A DNA stretch of 64,000 bases, taken from IMG/VR virus record IMGVR_UViG_3300017987_000001, positions 62,001 through 126,000 of that record; one strand, written 5' to 3'. This document shows, piece after piece, positions 18,610-27,245 of this stretch; the first letter of the stretch is position 1, and every line of letters starts with the position of its first letter. The notes under the pieces were generated by a model. The model was not told the DNA's origin and made no database searches. It worked only from the letters and a program-made list of their open reading frames with translations. The translations under genes and the position numbers were made by a program.

Positions 18610-19065
18610 TTACGCTTGACCCTGCTCGACGCGCGCCACCAGCAAGTTCACGCTCTCGTTGATGACCATGTCCTGCGCGTTGATGGAGTACGCGACACGC
18701 GTGACGACGCAGCCCGTCGCTTTGATCTGGCCCGCCTCGGTACCGCAGGAGCCCTTCACCCAGAGCGTGATATGGTTGGACTGAATGTTGCACACGTCAC
18801 CGTACTGGGTCAGGAACTCCCCGACGAGCGGCTTCGGGCCAACAACGCGAGCCATCGTCATGCCGCCCTCTTGGTGGCCGGAGACGAAGTACTGCTTGTC
18901 GGTGCCGATCTCCCACAGGCGCGTGATGTTCTGCTGGTAGGTGATACCTAGCTGTTGCACCACGAGCGACTGGGACGAGGCGCCGACGAACAGTAGCTCA
19001 GTGTCATCTGCACTGAACGGTTCGCCGACAGTCGCAGTTCGGCCGAGAATGTCAGGCTGGGGCAT
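18610..19065 (-). CDS. Tail tube protein (151 aa)
   Basis: YQQNITRLWEIGT..YFVSG motif, tube size, strong AAGGAG RBS, own promoter and terminator, downstream of the sheath gene. Confidence 0.8.
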   Translation of the reverse strand: MPQPDILGRTATVGEPFSADDTELLFVGASSQSLVVQQLGITYQQNITRLWEIGTDKQYFVSGHQEGGMTMARVVGPKPLVGEFLTQYGDVCNIQSNHITLWVKGSCGTEAGQIKATGCVVTRVAYSINAQDMVINESVNLLVARVEQGQA

Positions 19066-19120
19066 GTCCTACTCCTTCTTCTGGTAACGAGTCTGGTCCT
19101 ACATGGTCCTGCACATGATG

Positions 19121-19150
19121 ATTGTAGCGGATGGTTGCCCACTCCGTCAA
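19121..19150 (-). promoter_or_regulatory. Sigma70-like promoter TTGACG-N18-TACAAT for the tube gene
   Basis: Near-consensus hexamers in intergenic DNA. Confidence 0.6.
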
Positions 19151-19169
19151 CTGCAATGTAGCTGATAGC

Positions 19170-19214
19170 AAAAAGATGGGAGAACCGGCCGGGCGCCCGC
19201 GAGGGCGCCCGACC
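19170..19214 (-). terminator. Probable terminator closing the moron
   Basis: GGTCGGGCGCCC-TCGC-GGGCGCCCGGCC hairpin with TCTTTTT downstream. Confidence 0.55.
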
Positions 19215-19233
19215 AGCTCCGGTGGGATGGGGA

Positions 19234-19680
19234 CTACTTCTTGGTGTTGACCACGTTAAGCTCGGAGCTGCTGTCCCACAGCCACCCCTTCTCGACGCGG
19301 TACAGCTTGCCATTGGCGAGGCTATACGTGATGTCCTTGTCGGCGACGCGGTAGTAGAAGCTCGGCTGTTCACCGGCCGATTCCACGACACTGACGAGGT
19401 ACTCGACGCCCGGCTCCAAGCGAGCCTGCGTCTTCACGCCGTTCGCGTGCATGATCACGACGTTCGGCGCGGACGCCGACGCGGGGCCGCTGACGTACGA
19501 CGCGATGACGATGGTGACCACGAGCATCAGCAGCGCGACAACGACAGTCGCGGCCAGCTTCGCGCCACCCGCGAAGGTCTCGACGAGGAAGCCGGTGATG
19601 CGGCTCCACAGCGTCTTCTTCTCGACCTCGGTCTTCACGGCATCGTCTACGGCCTTCGTCTCTTCTTTCTTCTCGGCCAT
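19234..19680 (-). CDS. Single-pass membrane protein (148 aa)
   Basis: ATG 19680 with AGGAG RBS; LAATVVVALLMLVVTIVIASYV transmembrane helix followed by a small beta domain. Confidence 0.75.
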   Translation of the reverse strand: MAEKKEETKAVDDAVKTEVEKKTLWSRITGFLVETFAGGAKLAATVVVALLMLVVTIVIASYVSGPASASAPNVVIMHANGVKTQARLEPGVEYLVSVVESAGEQPSFYYRVADKDITYSLANGKLYRVEKGWLWDSSSELNVVNTKK

Positions 19681-19694
19681 GGTAACGTCTCCTA

Positions 19695-19973
19695 TGCGAG
19701 CGCGTGGATGTGTATAGGGCAGCGCCGATGCTCGCGAGTCGGTCTGCCCCGTATGAACGCCGCACGACATCCATGTCGAGCGGACGGAGTTTGTGCGTGG
19801 ATGTATCTTTGGGAGGAGAGTCCGCTAGCCTCGCCATCCACGCAACGAAGCTAGCAGTGTTCGACCGAGTCGAACTACTCTCCTCCCAAGCTCTGAATTT
19901 CCGGGAAGTACAGAGGGTGAGGTACTGCATAGTTGTAATGCAAGGTTCGGTGCCGATAGCACCTCCACCCTCC
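19695..19973 (-). ncRNA. Candidate multi-domain structured RNA (leader/riboswitch-like or standalone)
   Basis: Several long complementary stems (13-bp TTGGGAGGAGAGT/ACTCTCCTCCCAA and others); several mismatches read as G-U pairs on the minus strand; loop-tail complementarity. Confidence 0.55.
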
Positions 19974-20003
19974 ATTTAATGCTACCGCAAAGTGGTGATT
20001 TAT

Positions 20004-20063
20004 TAAGCAGGCGAGGCGGCTGCGCGGAAGGCCCAGTTGGACCCACCGCGCAGACGCCTCGCC
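20004..20063 (-). terminator. Long GC stem-loop after the 105-aa gene
   Basis: GGCGAGGCGTCTGCGCGG...CCGCGCAGCCGCCTCGCC followed by TGCTTAAT. Confidence 0.5.
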
Positions 20064-20083
20064 GAGACGCCTGCGGATACCGG

Positions 20084-20401
20084 CTACTTCTTGCCGTTAC
20101 CGTTCCCGTTGCCGAGCTTGCCTTCGACCCGGCCGAGCGAGATCTTGATCGACTTGATCTCGTCATCGATCCTTTGGATCTCCCGCTCGCGCAGCCCGCG
20201 ATCGCGCGCGGTCTCCTGCACCATCCGCTCGCGCTGTTCGATCGCGTCGGCGTGGCGCTGCTTCTCCGCCTCGTACACCGCCAGCTGTCCGCGCAGTCCC
20301 GCCGCCTTGTGCTGCAGCTCGCGTCGGACCGTCGGCCCCATGCGCTTCGCCTTCTTCGGCTTCTCCGGCGATGGCGGCGCTTTCGTCTTCGTCTTCGGCA
20401 T
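20084..20401 (-). CDS. Small basic coiled-coil protein (105 aa)
   Basis: GAGGGGG RBS; Lys/Pro-rich N-terminus and a heptad-like charged helix. Confidence 0.7.
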   Translation of the reverse strand: MPKTKTKAPPSPEKPKKAKRMGPTVRRELQHKAAGLRGQLAVYEAEKQRHADAIEQRERMVQETARDRGLREREIQRIDDEIKSIKISLGRVEGKLGNGNGNGKK

Positions 20402-20458
20402 TGTGCCCCCCTCTCAAAGGTGGATGTTGGGCTGTGGATTTTTGGACGCGTCCAACAA

Positions 20459-21214
20459 TCAGTCAAGTCGTTGAAGCGTCCACTTGAACTGTCCCCGTTC
20501 GATCCCGATCAGCGCATCGGAACCGGTCTCCTTCATATCCATTTCGACCTGCTGGGTCTTGAACCGCACCCGATCAGGCCACATCACCGACCACGTACTC
20601 TTCCACAGCACGGAGCCGCTGGCATCCGAAACGTGGAGAGACTTGTCGGCATTGAAGGAGAAGATGGACCCGGTGTCGGCCTTCTTCCACTTGCCGACAT
20701 ACTTGAGAAACGCGAGCTTCCGCGCCGAGCTGAGTCCGGACGTTGGAGTCTCTTCCAGTTCGATCACGGCGTCCTTCTCGACCGTGATCGTCTTTCGGAT
20801 ATCCTTGAACCCGTCCTTCGCCAGTATCAGCTGGTGCCTGCCCTTCGGGAGCTTGAGCGTTCCGGGAACCTCGCCGATCCGTCCAATGGGCCTGACGGAA
20901 ACTACAGCCCATCCGGTCGCGTCCTCCGAGATCTCCTTGAACAGGAGATCGATGGAGTGCCGTACCGGGGCGAGCTTCAGCTTCAGCACCACGAGACGAG
21001 GTCCGACTTCGAACTCGTGCTTCAGCGGTTCCTGTCCGTCCTTCTTGAGCACCAGCGTGTGACTGCCCTCGGCGAGGGTTAATCTGACCGGCGTCTTCCC
21101 AACGGACTTCTCCTCATGCACGACCTCCGCACCGGACGGTGTCGAGGAGACGATCACCGTCGCGGCGTGTACCGGCGCTGCGAGAAGCAGCAAAGCGATC
21201 GCTATGGCTTTCAT
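20459..21214 (-). CDS. Secreted PEGA-domain protein (251 aa)
   Basis: Signal peptide MKAIAIALLLLAAPVHA; VSSTPSGAEV..VGKTP..LAEGSHTLVLKKDG is a PEGA repeat, with a second degenerate repeat; AAGGAG RBS. Confidence 0.85.
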   Translation of the reverse strand: MKAIAIALLLLAAPVHAATVIVSSTPSGAEVVHEEKSVGKTPVRLTLAEGSHTLVLKKDGQEPLKHEFEVGPRLVVLKLKLAPVRHSIDLLFKEISEDATGWAVVSVRPIGRIGEVPGTLKLPKGRHQLILAKDGFKDIRKTITVEKDAVIELEETPTSGLSSARKLAFLKYVGKWKKADTGSIFSFNADKSLHVSDASGSVLWKSTWSVMWPDRVRFKTQQVEMDMKETGSDALIGIERGQFKWTLQRLD

Positions 21215-21284
21215 GGTGATCTCCTTTCCATAGCAATAATCCTCCATCAAATGGTGCCCCGTTTATGGCTCTAATTAAGTATAC

Positions 21285-21318
21285 AAGAAACCCCCCGGCA
21301 ACCGAAGTCACCGGGGGG
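21285..21318 (-). terminator. Rho-independent terminator after the sheath gene
   Basis: CCCCCCGGTGAC-TTCG-GTTGCCGGGGGG followed by TTTCTT. Confidence 0.9.
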
Positions 21319-21362
21319 CATCGAGGAGGAAGCGACCACTGGCGTAGTCGCTCCGCACGGCG

Positions 21363-24179
21363 CTAGATGACGAGGTGAAGCTCGATGTTGTTCAGCGGGT
21401 ACGGCACTTCGAGATTCACCGTCGCGAGCACGCGGTCCTTAAGCACCGGGTGCTGTTCGAGCTGCACGATCTCGTAGGAGAGAACCTGCGGCCCGATGAT
21501 GTCCGTGACGACATTGTTGTTGAAGAAGTCGAGCACGGACAGGATCTCACCGCGAATGATGTTGATCATGATCGGGGTCACGTTACCGCGTCCGATGTAG
21601 ACCGCGAGTCGGCGGAGGAACGTATAGCTGATGCTGTCCACGTTCGTCGTGACCGACTGCTCACGGCGGTTGAGGTCCAGATTGTCCGTCGACAACTGAT
21701 GCCGCGTGTACACGTCGCCGTCGTTCGGATCCTGCGTCACGATCCAGATCCCGGCTTCGGCCAGCGTGTTCAGCTGCGGCTCGTTGAAGAACTCCGTGGT
21801 CCGGCTGACGTCGTCGAACCCGAGGATCTCCACGTTCGTCAGCGGGCGATGAGGCAGCGACGCGGAGCGCAGCCCTGCGAGTGCGGCGCACAGGTAGTAG
21901 CCCGCGAACGTCTCACCGGCATTGCTGATCTCGTCCGGCCATACGAGGTAGACGCGGCGGCTGTTGAACGTACCAGCGTTCGTCGCGTACTCGGTCGCAA
22001 TACCGGTGCGCGACAGGTTGCGCCAGATCTCGATCTTGGACGGCACGGTGATCGGGGCCGACGGGCCGCTGACGAGGCGAAGCTCCTCCTCGTTCAGCAC
22101 GGCGTCGATCACGTACTCGCTGTACGTGATGTTGCCGAAGCCGTCGTCCTGATACTGCGCGCGAACGATGTCACCCGCAGCCACCTCCTGATCGAGGCTC
22201 GTCAGGAAGTGCTGACCCTCTGCGCGGACCAGCGTGTACTGCGTGCCGGAGGTGTCCGGGTCGTCCGTGATGGTCGCGAGGACCGGATCACAGTCGCCCG
22301 CACTCAGCTCTTCGGAGCAGGTGTAGACGCCCTTCTCCGTCGCGGCTTCGAGGTTGAACCAGCCGATGCGCCAGCGGCCCTTCTCGGCACTGGACATCGC
22401 CTCAATATGAGCCTGCACCAGCTGAAGCACTTCCTGCTCCTGCGTCATCGGCGTGAGCGAATAGACGTCGTCGCGACCTTCGAGAACTTCGAGAGCCGCC
22501 GCCCAGTCCTCCAACTCGATCGGGCTGGAAGCACACACCGCGATGTACTTCACCGGTGTACCGGCTGAGTTCTGCAGCGCCTTGTAGACGCCGAAGACCA
22601 GCGGGTTGTCCGGGTCGATCACGGCACCCTGACCGAAGTTGTCGGAGTTGAGTTCCGACACGTCGGAGACGGAGTTGACCTCACCGCAGAACGTCGGCAG
22701 GAGGTCGCGGTGCTCGACATAGACCTTACCGTCCTTCACCGGCAGCGCAGTGAGAACACCGCTGCAGGTGTAGCTGGCATCGTACGCGACGATGCCGGAC
22801 TTCATCGTGATCTCCGTCTCGCTCTGCTCCCAGTTCACGAGCGGCGCGAAGCCGGTGCGCTCCTCGGAGACCTGAATGTCCTTCTTGATGTAGAAGGTCA
22901 CGTTGAGGCTCGGCGGCACCTCGGAGCTGCTGGAGCTGGTGCCGTCGTTGCAGATCCCGCGCAGTTCGAGCGGGAGCGGCGTCGCAAGCACGACGGTCTT
23001 GACGGCGCCATCCGACTCCGCCTCTACCTCGATGAGGTAGCGGTCGCCCTTGCACAGGCCGTTGGCAGCCGACGTGAATTTGATCGTCAGCCCCTGCGAG
23101 CCGATCGACACCGGCGTATTGAGCGCGGACACGACCGTCGGCGCGCTCTGGTCGACGCCCGTCGTGGTCGTCGCCTGAATGCGCGCATCGCCGAAGTCGC
23201 CTCCCTCGACGACCTCGACAACGTACGTCGTGTCGGCCGTACCGAGGTAGACCCCACCGCTGGCCGAGACCGGTGCATCGAAGTCCTGACGAACGGTGAC
23301 AACCCACGTCTGCCCGGCAACGAAGTCATCCGGATCGACGCCCGGACCAGCGCTCGACGAGCCGCCGTTATCGAACGTGACAGTCAGGCCGCGCGCCCCG
23401 ATGGCTGTCGGGGAGCCGAACGCCTGCGGCGTGATTGCCGCGTCGTCATCTGTACCACTCGACGAGGTGACCTTGAGCACGGCAGTCTCGGCGTCGCCGC
23501 CGGAGCCACTGCCGATGCATTCGATCGTGTACGTGTCTTCGATGACGCCATCCTCACGACCGTCGAAGCTGGCGCCGTTGGTCCCCGTGATCTCGACAGA
23601 GTTGGTGTCACCAGCGGTCTGGCTGTCAGTGACGTTCGCCGTCTGCGAGTTCTTGTTGACGGTGTCCGACTCGGCTGGCTGAATGACCGCCGGGATCGGG
23701 TCGGGGATGAAGCCGAGAATCTGCGACTGCAGCGACTGCGGCTCGCCGCAGGAGCTTGCGAGGATGTCGAGCACGTCGCCGACGGCTACGTCGCGATCGC
23801 AGAAGACGCCGCTGCGATTGTAGCCATTCTTCGTCTGTAGGACGAGCGTATCGAAGCGTACTCGGTTGCGGTAGCCGCTGACTACCTGCCCATCGCCGGT
23901 CGTCTCTTCGTAATACTCAAGAAGAGCATCGTCGATGTACACTTTCGTGTAGTCCTCATCGACAACGCCACCGGCGGGACGGTTCGGCCATAGGTATGCC
24001 GTATCCGTGTCCGGGATGTAGTGATCGGTCACCTTGATGAGGGGCTTCTCGTCCTCATCGGAGTACCGGTTCAGCGCATAGTGAGGACCGATGATGCACG
24101 CGCGCAGCGGGTCCGTGAGCGCTGTCGGCAGGATCGAGAACTCCTGATACACCAATGCCTGCGGGACAACATATGCCAT
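21363..24179 (-). CDS. Contractile tail sheath protein (938 aa)
   Basis: MAYVVPQALVYQEF start (ATG 24179, AAGGAG RBS); C-terminal QLNTLAEAGIWIV..YTRHQLST..VPYPLNNIELHL sheath signature. Confidence 0.9.
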   Translation of the reverse strand: MAYVVPQALVYQEFSILPTALTDPLRACIIGPHYALNRYSDEDEKPLIKVTDHYIPDTDTAYLWPNRPAGGVVDEDYTKVYIDDALLEYYEETTGDGQVVSGYRNRVRFDTLVLQTKNGYNRSGVFCDRDVAVGDVLDILASSCGEPQSLQSQILGFIPDPIPAVIQPAESDTVNKNSQTANVTDSQTAGDTNSVEITGTNGASFDGREDGVIEDTYTIECIGSGSGGDAETAVLKVTSSSGTDDDAAITPQAFGSPTAIGARGLTVTFDNGGSSSAGPGVDPDDFVAGQTWVVTVRQDFDAPVSASGGVYLGTADTTYVVEVVEGGDFGDARIQATTTTGVDQSAPTVVSALNTPVSIGSQGLTIKFTSAANGLCKGDRYLIEVEAESDGAVKTVVLATPLPLELRGICNDGTSSSSSEVPPSLNVTFYIKKDIQVSEERTGFAPLVNWEQSETEITMKSGIVAYDASYTCSGVLTALPVKDGKVYVEHRDLLPTFCGEVNSVSDVSELNSDNFGQGAVIDPDNPLVFGVYKALQNSAGTPVKYIAVCASSPIELEDWAAALEVLEGRDDVYSLTPMTQEQEVLQLVQAHIEAMSSAEKGRWRIGWFNLEAATEKGVYTCSEELSAGDCDPVLATITDDPDTSGTQYTLVRAEGQHFLTSLDQEVAAGDIVRAQYQDDGFGNITYSEYVIDAVLNEEELRLVSGPSAPITVPSKIEIWRNLSRTGIATEYATNAGTFNSRRVYLVWPDEISNAGETFAGYYLCAALAGLRSASLPHRPLTNVEILGFDDVSRTTEFFNEPQLNTLAEAGIWIVTQDPNDGDVYTRHQLSTDNLDLNRREQSVTTNVDSISYTFLRRLAVYIGRGNVTPIMINIIRGEILSVLDFFNNNVVTDIIGPQVLSYEIVQLEQHPVLKDRVLATVNLEVPYPLNNIELHLVI

Positions 24180-24181
24180 GA

Positions 24182-24925
24182 CTAGTCTCCTTCGGTTCCA
24201 GTCGCTCGAAGATCGATGGCGAGCGTCTTGAGCCACGGCGCGTCCGGCACGATGCGCCACGTCTCCAGATAGGCCCAACCAAGGACTACCGCTGCTACGA
24301 AGTGCTGATCGTATTCCTCAATGCGGTTCACATCGGACATCTCGGTCGTCTCAAGACGATGGAGCTTGAGATCCTTACGGATCGCCGGGCCGAACTGGAC
24401 CAGCTCCCGAAAGACCTCGTAACCGAGAACTTCGGTCTCCGCACCGGTACGCCCGATGCAGAAGATCGTGTGACTGCCCAAGACGCCGATCGTGTGATAC
24501 TCGCCACGAAGCGTCGTGAGCGACCCGTCTTCCTCTTTACCGAGGCCGGACGTCATACCGTGGTTGATCCCGAGCTTCTGCGTGCGCAGCGGATTGCGCT
24601 TGATGTAGATCGCGATCCGCTTGCCCAGTATCGCGGGATCCCACTTGTAGACGGGCGCGATGAGGATTCCTGTTTCTAGTAGTCCTTCAGATGTGTCTTC
24701 AGGCTGGAGCTTGACGATGTTGTCTTTGAGTGCTTCGTCTTCGATATAGTTAGGTGTCGAAAAATGGTTCTGAAGGATCCTAAGTATGGCTCCTGTGAGG
24801 ATGTTCGGCGTGTGGCCAGTCGAGCATAGGCTGCTGAACTCTTGTAGGTCGACAAGAGTCGGCCCAGCTAGGGGGCTGGGAGCAGGCGCGGGAGTAGTGC
24901 AGTCGCTTATGTTGGCTTCGGCCAC
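24182..24925 (-). CDS. Tail terminator/completion protein (247 aa)
   Basis: Lies between the neck genes and the sheath; alpha/beta pattern with C-terminal WAYLETW. Confidence 0.55.
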   Translation of the reverse strand: MAEANISDCTTPAPAPSPLAGPTLVDLQEFSSLCSTGHTPNILTGAILRILQNHFSTPNYIEDEALKDNIVKLQPEDTSEGLLETGILIAPVYKWDPAILGKRIAIYIKRNPLRTQKLGINHGMTSGLGKEEDGSLTTLRGEYHTIGVLGSHTIFCIGRTGAETEVLGYEVFRELVQFGPAIRKDLKLHRLETTEMSDVNRIEEYDQHFVAAVVLGWAYLETWRIVPDAPWLKTLAIDLRATGTEGD

Positions 24926-25062
24926 GACTCGCCTTCCTTGTCCTGCCGCTTACGTAGCTGCCCGAACTTCGGCGCAAGGCGCTCTTCGAGCTTGTCGAGA
25001 TCAGGGGTCCACGTCTCGATGTCGATGCGCCCCATCATCCCAGCCTTACGCTTCTTGGCCAT
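24907..25062 (-). CDS. Small hypothetical protein (51 aa, MAKKRKAGMMGRIDIETW...)
   Basis: Hand-translated; ATG 2 nt after the upstream stop; exactly fills the gap; below the ORF-track cutoff. Confidence 0.55.
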   Translation of the reverse strand: MAKKRKAGMMGRIDIETWTPDLDKLEERLAPKFGQLRKRQDKEGESWPKPT

Positions 25063-25064
25063 CG

Positions 25065-25388
25065 TTACTTCTGCTGCTCGCTCGCCTGAATGAGCACGTC
25101 GACGAGCGCCGGGGCCAGCATCTCCTCGCGCACGCCAGCCGCCTTCGCGAGCGTGCCGTAGTCGAACTGACCATTCGTCTCATTGCAGCGACGGTCGATA
25201 CCGACCGCGAACGCCATCAGGCGCTCCTGCCCTTCCTGCTCAGCCGCCTTCTTCTCTTCCGACATCTCCTCCTCCTTCTCGCCGATTGGGATTCCGATTG
25301 GGCCTTCGCCCTTGCCGTGACCTTTGCCACGGCCCTTACCCTTGGACTTGATCTTGCTGCCCGGACACGGCTTGTCTTTGTCTGGCAT
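25065..25388 (-). CDS. Small protein with GK-repeat basic arm and KxA motif (107 aa)
   Basis: SKGKGRGKGHGKGEGP arm followed by EEKKAA and a helical domain. Confidence 0.7.
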   Translation of the reverse strand: MPDKDKPCPGSKIKSKGKGRGKGHGKGEGPIGIPIGEKEEEMSEEKKAAEQEGQERLMAFAVGIDRRCNETNGQFDYGTLAKAAGVREEMLAPALVDVLIQASEQQK

Positions 25389-25391
25389 GAT

Positions 25392-26282
25392 TTACCAATC
25401 CTCGTATGAGCTGTCGAGTCCGCTGTTCACGTCACACGTCTGCCCTCCGGACGAGATCGAGGACAGAGAGGAAGACGGATTCGGTACCAGTGGTATAGAG
25501 TAAACGATGTCCGTCATAGGGGCAAGTTTAATTGTCGCCTGCGCCACCAACGGCAAGCTCTTGATCTGCGCTATAACCGTATAGTTGTCAACGATATAGC
25601 GCTCTCCGTTGTCACCCCGAACCCACACATCGCGCGTGTCGATCGCTGGATAGAGGATCACGCGCCCGCGCTTCACGATGTCCGAGGCGGTACCGCGTGG
25701 AGGATCGCCATCGACGATTCTTCGATTCCATCCACCATCAACCGTTATCGTGTAGGGCACTGCGGGGTAGTACCCACCGACAAGCCCTGTGCCGTAGCAG
25801 GTCGGGCAATCGGAGTCGGTGACTTCCTTGGTATCCCAGTCGAGGCAGCGCGGGCAGGCTTGGCCGAACTTCTTGCGCACGAGGAGATGGCCACGTGTGC
25901 CTTCGTACTTCTGCTGCACGTACTCTTTGCGAATGATCTCGCGCGCGACCAGCCAGTCGCGCCGATCGAGCACGCCGTTCGCGCGCACGGGCTGCGACTT
26001 GAACGTGGGGCAGCCGGGGACGCCGGGAAGCACGAGGCGCACACGGTAGTACGCTTCGATGAGCGTGGCCCAGTTGCGCTTACACACATCGTAGTAGCAG
26101 CAGTCATCGACGACGGGCTGCTCATTGAGTGTGATCCAGTTGTCGGTTGCGGGCCACCCGAAGTCCACGAAGAAGTGGTACTCCCCCGCGAAGTACACAG
26201 CGTCCCCCGCGAGCCGCCAACAAATGTAGGCGCCGTTGTTGCCAAGGTACTGAACGTCGACTTGTGCGAATTCGCAGTCCAC
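25392..26282 (-). CDS. Neck/head-closure protein with zinc finger (296 aa)
   Basis: CPRC..CPTCYGTGLVGGY inserted in a beta-barrel stopper-like domain; C-terminal Ser-rich tail. Confidence 0.65.
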   Translation of the reverse strand: MDCEFAQVDVQYLGNNGAYICWRLAGDAVYFAGEYHFFVDFGWPATDNWITLNEQPVVDDCCYYDVCKRNWATLIEAYYRVRLVLPGVPGCPTFKSQPVRANGVLDRRDWLVAREIIRKEYVQQKYEGTRGHLLVRKKFGQACPRCLDWDTKEVTDSDCPTCYGTGLVGGYYPAVPYTITVDGGWNRRIVDGDPPRGTASDIVKRGRVILYPAIDTRDVWVRGDNGERYIVDNYTVIAQIKSLPLVAQATIKLAPMTDIVYSIPLVPNPSSSLSSISSGGQTCDVNSGLDSSYEDW

Positions 26283-27142
26283 TAGCGGTAGTAGCTCTCA
26301 CGCCGATAGCCGCCAAGTACGGAGAAAGTACCCATCACATTGATGCGGTACTTCGTGTCCTTCACCCACAGCTTCCACTCGTCCCACATCTGCTGCCCGA
26401 GCGCCTGATAGGACTTCCAGCGAAGCGTGTCTTCGACCGTGACGCCGCCCGCGCTGTAGTTCAGATCGTTGCGCATCATGCGGTTCGCGCCGATTATGAG
26501 AAGCTGTGCGACGACGGCGCGCGAGTAGTGGTACCGGTACGGGAAGTTGGTCGTCTTGTAGTATGCGTTGACCGGAGGCAACGCTTCGTTCCAGTAATCA
26601 ATGCAGCGACGCATGCACAGATCGATCTCGTTCGTCTTGAACTCAATCTCGTCGAGCAGGAAGTTCGCTTCCGGGCTGATGTCGCGCATCGTCATGCGGA
26701 TCTCAGCAACCGTCAGCGTCGCCCCCGTGCCGACGCGTCGCAGGTCTGGGTTGACTTGGAAGAAGAACGGGAGCGCGCGGCGCATATGGCCATCGCTCCA
26801 CAGCTCGATCTCTGCGGTGTAGATACCGCCGCGCGCCGTGGTCCGCTCTGTGTAGGCGATCGATACGACACCGCCGACAGCGTCCACGACGGTGACCTCA
26901 GGCTCCGCCCAGTTCACTGAGTCTTCAGGCATTTCGCGAATGACGCATTTTAGCCCAGTGAAATTGTCCTCGCCCGAGGAGCTGGAGGCTGGGTCGTAGT
27001 CAGACAGGTTGACCGGTACGCCGGTGCTTGGGTCGTAGAGGGTTAGCTGAACCTCACCGAGGGTGCATTGGTCCACCTCGACGCTCGGGATGTCCCGCAC
27101 GCTGTTGTAGCCGCTTGATAGGCAGTCATTGGCAAATGGCAT
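26282..27142 (-). CDS. Head-tail adaptor/neck protein (286 aa)
   Basis: N-terminal Ig/BppU-like domain, then helical adaptor IDLCMRRCIDYWNEALP..LNYSAGGVTV. Confidence 0.65.
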   Translation of the reverse strand: MPFANDCLSSGYNSVRDIPSVEVDQCTLGEVQLTLYDPSTGVPVNLSDYDPASSSSGEDNFTGLKCVIREMPEDSVNWAEPEVTVVDAVGGVVSIAYTERTTARGGIYTAEIELWSDGHMRRALPFFFQVNPDLRRVGTGATLTVAEIRMTMRDISPEANFLLDEIEFKTNEIDLCMRRCIDYWNEALPPVNAYYKTTNFPYRYHYSRAVVAQLLIIGANRMMRNDLNYSAGGVTVEDTLRWKSYQALGQQMWDEWKLWVKDTKYRINVMGTFSVLGGYRRESYYR

Positions 27143-27174
27143 AGTCTCCTCCGGCGGGCACCCTCATCTCACGT

Positions 27175-27203
27175 ATCGTAACCGCTGGAGGCGCACATCG
27201 CAA
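27175..27203 (-). promoter_or_regulatory. Promoter candidate TTGCGA-N17-TACGAT for the neck operon
   Basis: 17-nt spacing; -35 and spacer lie inside the 42-bp repeat. Confidence 0.45.
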
Positions 27204-27223
27204 GAGCGGGCTAGTAGTCGTAA
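27182..27223. repeat. 42-bp direct repeat, copy A
   Basis: Identical to 29699-29740. Confidence 0.95.
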
Positions 27224-27245
27224 ACGTAGCGCTCCGTCATCGCCA

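Noticed and set aside
19855-19973. tRNA (GTTCGA word and a cloverleaf-sized domain)
   Set aside because: GTTCGA lies in a stem, not a T-loop; no D-arm/anticodon geometry and no CCA end
4401-24179. Bacterial T6SS or extracellular contractile injection system
   Set aside because: Linked to capsid, scaffold, protease and neck genes; no membrane complex or AAA ATPase
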